Shown here: piece after piece, positions 16,788 to 18,761 of the stretch
Layout: each line of letters starts with the position of its first letter
Position numbering within the stretch: the first letter of the stretch is position 1
Source: Fimbriimonadales bacterium
GTDB taxonomy: Bacteria; Armatimonadota; Fimbriimonadia; Fimbriimonadales; ATM1
DNA: 18,761 nt
Reading direction: 5' to 3'
NCBI GenBank assembly: GCA_051003155.1
Contig: JBPCLO010000018.1
Span: 1 to 18,761, forward strand
Program-made: the position numbers and the translations under genes
The notes under the pieces: model-generated
Told to the model about the DNA's origin: nothing
Databases searched by the model: none
Seen by the model: the letters and a program-made list of their open reading frames with translations, nothing else

Positions 16788-17657
16788 TTATCCCCTGGAA
16801 TTCGTTAGATCTCGCGGCATGACCGTTTCGGGATGCCAGCCTCCTGCGGTTCGCCGCGCAACCGCCAGGAAAGCGCATGAGTAGGTGAGGATGGCCAAGC
16901 TGCCTTTGCCGTCGGCAGTCGCAGGGACAATTTCCCCGTGCAGAGCCATATTCGCAAGCTCATCGTCGAGATCGATCACCAGGAGGGGCGACAGGGCTTG
17001 CTCTAGGGGCATCAGGTCGGCGTCAGATGCTGTTTCAAGTGCACAAGCCTCGTCGACTGAAAACCCGCCGATGTTCGTTCTGCGGAGGGCAGTGAGGTGC
17101 GCCCCGGCGCCCAACCTCTCACCCAAGTCATTGGCCAGGGTTCGGACATAGGTGCCGCCCGAACAGCTCACCTCAAAATCGACGACCGGTGGCTGGAACT
17201 TGCCAATTTCGAACTTGTGCACCGATACGTGCCGAGGTCCGCGCTCGACCTCTATCCCCTTGCGAGCCATCTTGTAGAGGCGTTCGCCCCCGATTTTGAC
17301 AGCGCTGTACATCGGAGGTATCTGCTCGATCGCGCCAACGAACTGCGACGCGGCTTGCCGTATGGCGTCCTCAGCGAGCCCTTGGATTCCGCGCTCCGCC
17401 ATCACTTCTCCCTCGGCGTCTTGAGTCGTGGTCGAAACCCCTAGCTTCATCGTGCCCGTGTAGACCTTGGGTTCGGCGTCGATATATCGGAGGAACCGGG
17501 TTGCGCTTCCGATCCCCAGAACCAATAGCCCCGTCGCCAACGGGTCGAGCGTTCCAAGATGGCCGACACGCTTGATCCCCAGCCTTCTTCGCACCCGGTA
17601 CACCGCGTCGTGGGACGTGATGCCCTTGGGCTTGTCGATCAGTAGGATTCCAAACAT
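16788..17657 (-). CDS. truB: tRNA pseudouridine(55) synthase, 289 aa
   Basis: MFGILLIDKPKGITSHD, VGHLGTLDPLATG (catalytic Asp), QIPPMYSAVKIGGERLY, CSGGTYVRTLA. Confidence 0.97.
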   Translation of the reverse strand: MFGILLIDKPKGITSHDAVYRVRRRLGIKRVGHLGTLDPLATGLLVLGIGSATRFLRYIDAEPKVYTGTMKLGVSTTTQDAEGEVMAERGIQGLAEDAIRQAASQFVGAIEQIPPMYSAVKIGGERLYKMARKGIEVERGPRHVSVHKFEIGKFQPPVVDFEVSCSGGTYVRTLANDLGERLGAGAHLTALRRTNIGGFSVDEACALETASDADLMPLEQALSPLLVIDLDDELANMALHGEIVPATADGKGSLAILTYSCAFLAVARRTAGGWHPETVMPRDLTNSRG

Positions 17658-18625
17658 GCTTCGAGCGCCGGGATTAACAAGACTTTGGCTTCTTCGAGCG
17701 AGGTATCGAAGGTGCAACCGGCCGCGTTGACGTGCCCTCCGCCGCCGAACTGGCGGCAAACCGCAGAAACATCGATCGTTCCGCGAGAGCGCACGCTGAC
17801 ACGGATTCGTCCCGGTTTCGGCTCTCGGAACATGGCGGAGATCAATACGGTGCGAACACGGCCTATTTCGTTGACGATGCCCTCTGAATCCTCATCCTTC
17901 GCACCGGAACTCTCGTAATCATCCGTCGATAGATGGCTTGCGGAAATTCTGCCGTCTGCATGCATCTGCAGATGATCAAGGGCAGCACTAAGCAATTTGA
18001 TGGCCGACAGAGGTTTCTTCTCCCAAACCTCTTCGTTAATCTGTGTTAGGTCGGCGCCCATGGCTACCAAGTGCGAGGCCGCGTCGAGGCTCGCCGGGTC
18101 AGTGTTGCGGAAGCGGAAACTGCCCGTATCGGTGGCGATTCCGGTTAGAAGGTACTGGGCTAGTTGCGGAGTGAACTCGATTCCCAGGTCTGGAAAGACG
18201 TGATATAAGATCAGACACGTCGCGGATGCATCTATGTCGATAATCCGAATGTGTCCGGGCGGATCGTCCGAAGGCTGGTGATGGTCGATTACGGCGAGCG
18301 TTTTCGCTTCGGATACATAGGGGGCGGCGCGGCCGAGCCTAGCGACAACGCTGACATCGACCATTATCGCAAAGTCGAAGGGAGCGGGCATCCAAGGAAT
18401 CTCATCGGAGAGGACGCGGATCGTATCCCAACAAGGAAGAAATCGCAGATTCCCCGGCACAGGGTCGCTGGAAACCGGGACCACCTTCTTTCCCGCCGCC
18501 GTGAGCCCCTGGCTAAGGGATAACACGGCCCCGACGGCGTCGCCATCCGGGTTTTGGTGTGCCGCGATCAAGATCGACTCTGCGCTCTCTATCGCGGCTT
18601 TAAGTGCGGCAACTCCAGCTTGCAC
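17639..18625 (-). CDS. nrnA: DHH/DHHA1 bifunctional oligoribonuclease / pAp phosphatase
   Basis: HQNPDGDAVG, VIDHH, GIATDTGSF, VSVRS, FGGGGHVNAAG; typical position upstream of truB. Confidence 0.9.
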   Translation of the reverse strand: MQAGVAALKAAIESAESILIAAHQNPDGDAVGAVLSLSQGLTAAGKKVVPVSSDPVPGNLRFLPCWDTIRVLSDEIPWMPAPFDFAIMVDVSVVARLGRAAPYVSEAKTLAVIDHHQPSDDPPGHIRIIDIDASATCLILYHVFPDLGIEFTPQLAQYLLTGIATDTGSFRFRNTDPASLDAASHLVAMGADLTQINEEVWEKKPLSAIKLLSAALDHLQMHADGRISASHLSTDDYESSGAKDEDSEGIVNEIGRVRTVLISAMFREPKPGRIRVSVRSRGTIDVSAVCRQFGGGGHVNAAGCTFDTSLEEAKVLLIPALEACLESY

Positions 18626-18631
18626 GGCATA

Positions 18632-18637
18632 AATATA
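18632..18637 (-). promoter_or_regulatory. Putative -10 box (TATATT) for a leaderless nrnA-truB transcript
   Basis: TATATT lies 6 nt upstream of GTG 18625, with no SD. Confidence 0.4.
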
Positions 18638-18761
18638 CCGAGTGATGCGAGCCGTGAGTGGTTGGGAGCAGGCCCGAGGTGCGCGCTTTGCATGCGCACT
18701 CCGAAGCTCAAATTCACTTAATGACTAGCGTCCAGTCCAAGCGAACGCCCAGTGCGGTGCC

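Noticed and set aside
18640..18761. Weak hairpin (gtgcgc/gcgcac, 18679-18699) and a possible 3' end of an upstream gene such as rbfA
   Set aside because: The stem is short with no U-tract, and there are too few codons to recognise any protein.

Overview
GC-rich bacterial chromosomal window; a diderm Terrabacteria lineage such as Armatimonadota is my guess from gene style, not a result. Two minus-strand housekeeping blocks flank a roughly 6.8 kb plus-strand accessory island (~8850-15633). The left block, in transcription order, is mlaD-like MCE gene, rplI, dnaB, purD (apparent CTG start), two hypotheticals (one sigma-region-4-like), purB, tRNA-Arg(CCT) and tRNA-Ser(CGA), followed by a BNR beta-propeller/MoaD-like ubiquitin-fold pair. 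The right block is nrnA-like DHH phosphoesterase, truB and a PQQ-dependent sugar dehydrogenase lipoprotein. The island holds a signal-peptide-bearing Rhs/YD polymorphic toxin split by a 1-nt frameshift and ending in an HNH-like nuclease tip, a coupled putative immunity gene, a scrambled orphan Rhs relic, a RAYT (Y1 HUH) transposase and a beta-propeller-like ORF. The RAYT gene is enclosed by ~100-bp three-block inverted termini whose left edge coincides with the truncation point of the Rhs relic. The most interesting signals are this IS-like RAYT element and the Rhs toxin locus around it.
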